Below are positions 61,255 through 64,000 of a DNA stretch of 64,000 nt, in pieces. Source of the DNA: an uncultured Actinomycetota bacterium (lineage in GTDB: Bacteria > Actinomycetota > Acidimicrobiia > Acidimicrobiales > Bog-793); assembly GCA_963764805.1 (NCBI GenBank), contig CAVXUB010000001.1, positions 331,840 through 395,839 on the forward strand. The letters are read 5' to 3'. The notes beneath the pieces are model-generated. The model made no database searches and was not told where the DNA came from. It was given only the letters and a program-made list of their open reading frames with translations. A program made the translations under genes and the position numbers. Position 1 is the first letter of the stretch. Each line of letters opens with the position of its first letter.

Positions 61255-61487
61255 TAGGAAGATTTTGCCAAAACTAATGTGACTCACTTAATTCGGCCGC
61301 GAACATACCTTCGGGTGTGCATCGGCACCACGAGGCGCATCGGCACAGCGAGGCGGCCTCGATCAGCGCCCAGGCCCTCGGCCGGCCATGCGGCGATGGC
61401 TAGGCTTCAAACTTAACACGTTCTAGCATGCTGTCCGCCGGGCTCCCTGCGCCGGGGAGGCCGAAGGGACGCCAGGTCGGGGCACAG

Positions 61488-62760
61488 ATGGAGCTGAACG
61501 ACGTCAACCTGCAGGACCAGGACCAGTTCGTAAGCGGCGTCCCCCACGAGGCCTTCGCTCTGCTGCGACGCGAGGCGCCATGCTTCTGGCAGTCCGAGAC
61601 CGACGGGCCGCTCGGCCCCGGCAGCGGCCCCGGCTACTGGGCGATCACGCGCTACGCCGACGTCGTGCGCGTGAACAGGGACGTCGAGACCTTCTCGTCG
61701 GGCCTCAAGGGATCGCTGATGGTCGAGCCTCCCGACGAGGCGGGCATCGAGACGATGCGCCTGCTGATGGTCAACATGGATCCCCCGGTGCACACCCGCT
61801 ACCGCCGGCTCGTAAACCGCGGCTTCACCCCCCGTACCATCGCCCGGCTGGAGGACCGCATCCGCTGGCGCGCCAACCGCATCATCGACCGCATCTGCGA
61901 GCAGGGAAGCTGTGATCTCGTAAGCGAGGTCTCGTCCGAACTTCCGCTGCAGGTGATCGCCGAACTGCTCGGCGTTCCGGAGGAGGACCGGCACCTGGTG
62001 TTCGACTGGTCCAACAGGATGGTCGGCCGCGACGACCCGGAGTACCAGCTGACCGAGGAGATGGCGACGAACGCGGCGATGGAGCTCTACGCCTACGCCG
62101 ACCAACTCGCCGAGCAGAAGCGGGCCGACCCTCACGAGGACGTGCTGAGCATCCTCACCAAGGCCGAAATCGAGGGCGACGTGCTATCGCAGATGGAGAT
62201 CGACGTCTTCTTCCTCCTGCTCGCGGTCGCCGGCAACGAGACGACCCGCAACCTCATCTCCCACGGCACCCTCGCTCTGATCGAGAACCCCGACCAGCGC
62301 AAGTTGCTGATCGAGGACCCGGCGCTGCTCGGCTCGGCGGTGGAGGAGATGCTCCGCTATGGCACGCCCGTGATGCACTTCCGCCGCACCGCCCGCCACG
62401 ACACCGAGATCGGCGGGGCAGCAGATCGAGGCAGGGGACAAGGTCGTCTTCTGGTACATGTCGGCCAACCGGGACGAGAGCGTGTTCGACGGACCCGATG
62501 AGTTTCGACATCCGGAGGCGTCCCAACCCCCATGTGGCCTTCGGCGGCGGCGGCCCGCACTTCTGCCTCGGCGCCAACCTCGCCCGCATGGAGATCACGG
62601 TGATGTTCGAGGAGATGCTGAGACGGATTCCCGACTTCGAGCTCGCCGGTCCGGTCTACCGGCTGCGATCCAACTTCATCAACGGGATCAAGCACCTCCC
62701 GGTCGCCTTCACCCCGAGCTCACCGGAGAACCACCCGGCGCCCGAAGAGCTCTGGCCGAC
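61488..62760 (+). pseudogene. Cytochrome P450, about 2 frameshifts (62410-62500); 3' end uncertain
   Basis: AGNETTRN (I-helix), EEMLRYGTPV (ExxR) and the heme loop FGGGGPHFCLGANLAR in ORF 62498-63100. No in-frame stop occurs before the thiolase ATG. Confidence 0.85.
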
Positions 62761-62842
62761 CTCTGCAAGGCAAAGCTATAACCTGTTCTACTCTCATCCA
62801 CGTTCTGCTCGCCCCCGGGCACGGCGTCGGTACGATCCCCAC

Positions 62843-64000
<1,158 letters not shown>

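Overview
This is a high-GC window (about two-thirds G+C by eye) with gene content typical of Actinomycetota. The left half, about 0.9-35.0 kb, is a ~34-kb integrative element inserted in a tRNA-Arg(ACG) gene. It is bounded by a perfect 43-bp direct repeat of the tRNA 3' part (896-938 and 34977-35019). The element carries int and xis. It also carries a minus-strand, start/stop-overlapped operon for conjugation and replication: SCO3933/Pra-like, FtsK/SpoIIIE, RepSA-type initiator, NlpC/P60 hydrolase, small hydrophobic proteins, TrbL/VirB6-like, SCO6880-like and a VirB4-like ATPase. No relaxase was recognised. Its cargo region is mosaic and full of IS debris: an IS21 istB without istA, an IS3 fragment, an IS630 copy and a 195-bp deletion derivative of that IS630. 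The cargo holds several candidate conflict modules. These are a single-polypeptide ABC-ATPase/DUF4435 (PARIS/OLD-like) gene, a low-GC DUF4392 + 2TM-protein pair bracketed exactly by the IS630 and its MITE, and an EcoRI-type N6-adenine methyltransferase followed by a DUF262-HNH nuclease. The cargo also has a membrane-tethered SARP-like regulator and a low-GC Cys-pair beta-propeller lipoprotein. A 372-bp direct repeat that contains putative integrase arm sites brackets a 3.9-kb SDR/TetR/ADH module at the right end. The right half (35-64 kb) looks like ordinary chromosome: ECF sigma pairs, PadR/MarR/TetR-type regulators, a UvrA paralogue, sulfatase, GGDEF protein, kynureninase, a sugar-nucleotide/glycosyltransferase operon, MFS transporter, P450 and thiolase. 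Many genes are broken by frameshifts, most densely in the element but also in core genes. From sequence alone I cannot tell real pseudogenisation from indel errors in the assembly. No rRNA genes or CRISPR arrays were seen. All family assignments come from reading the translations by eye, not from database searches.
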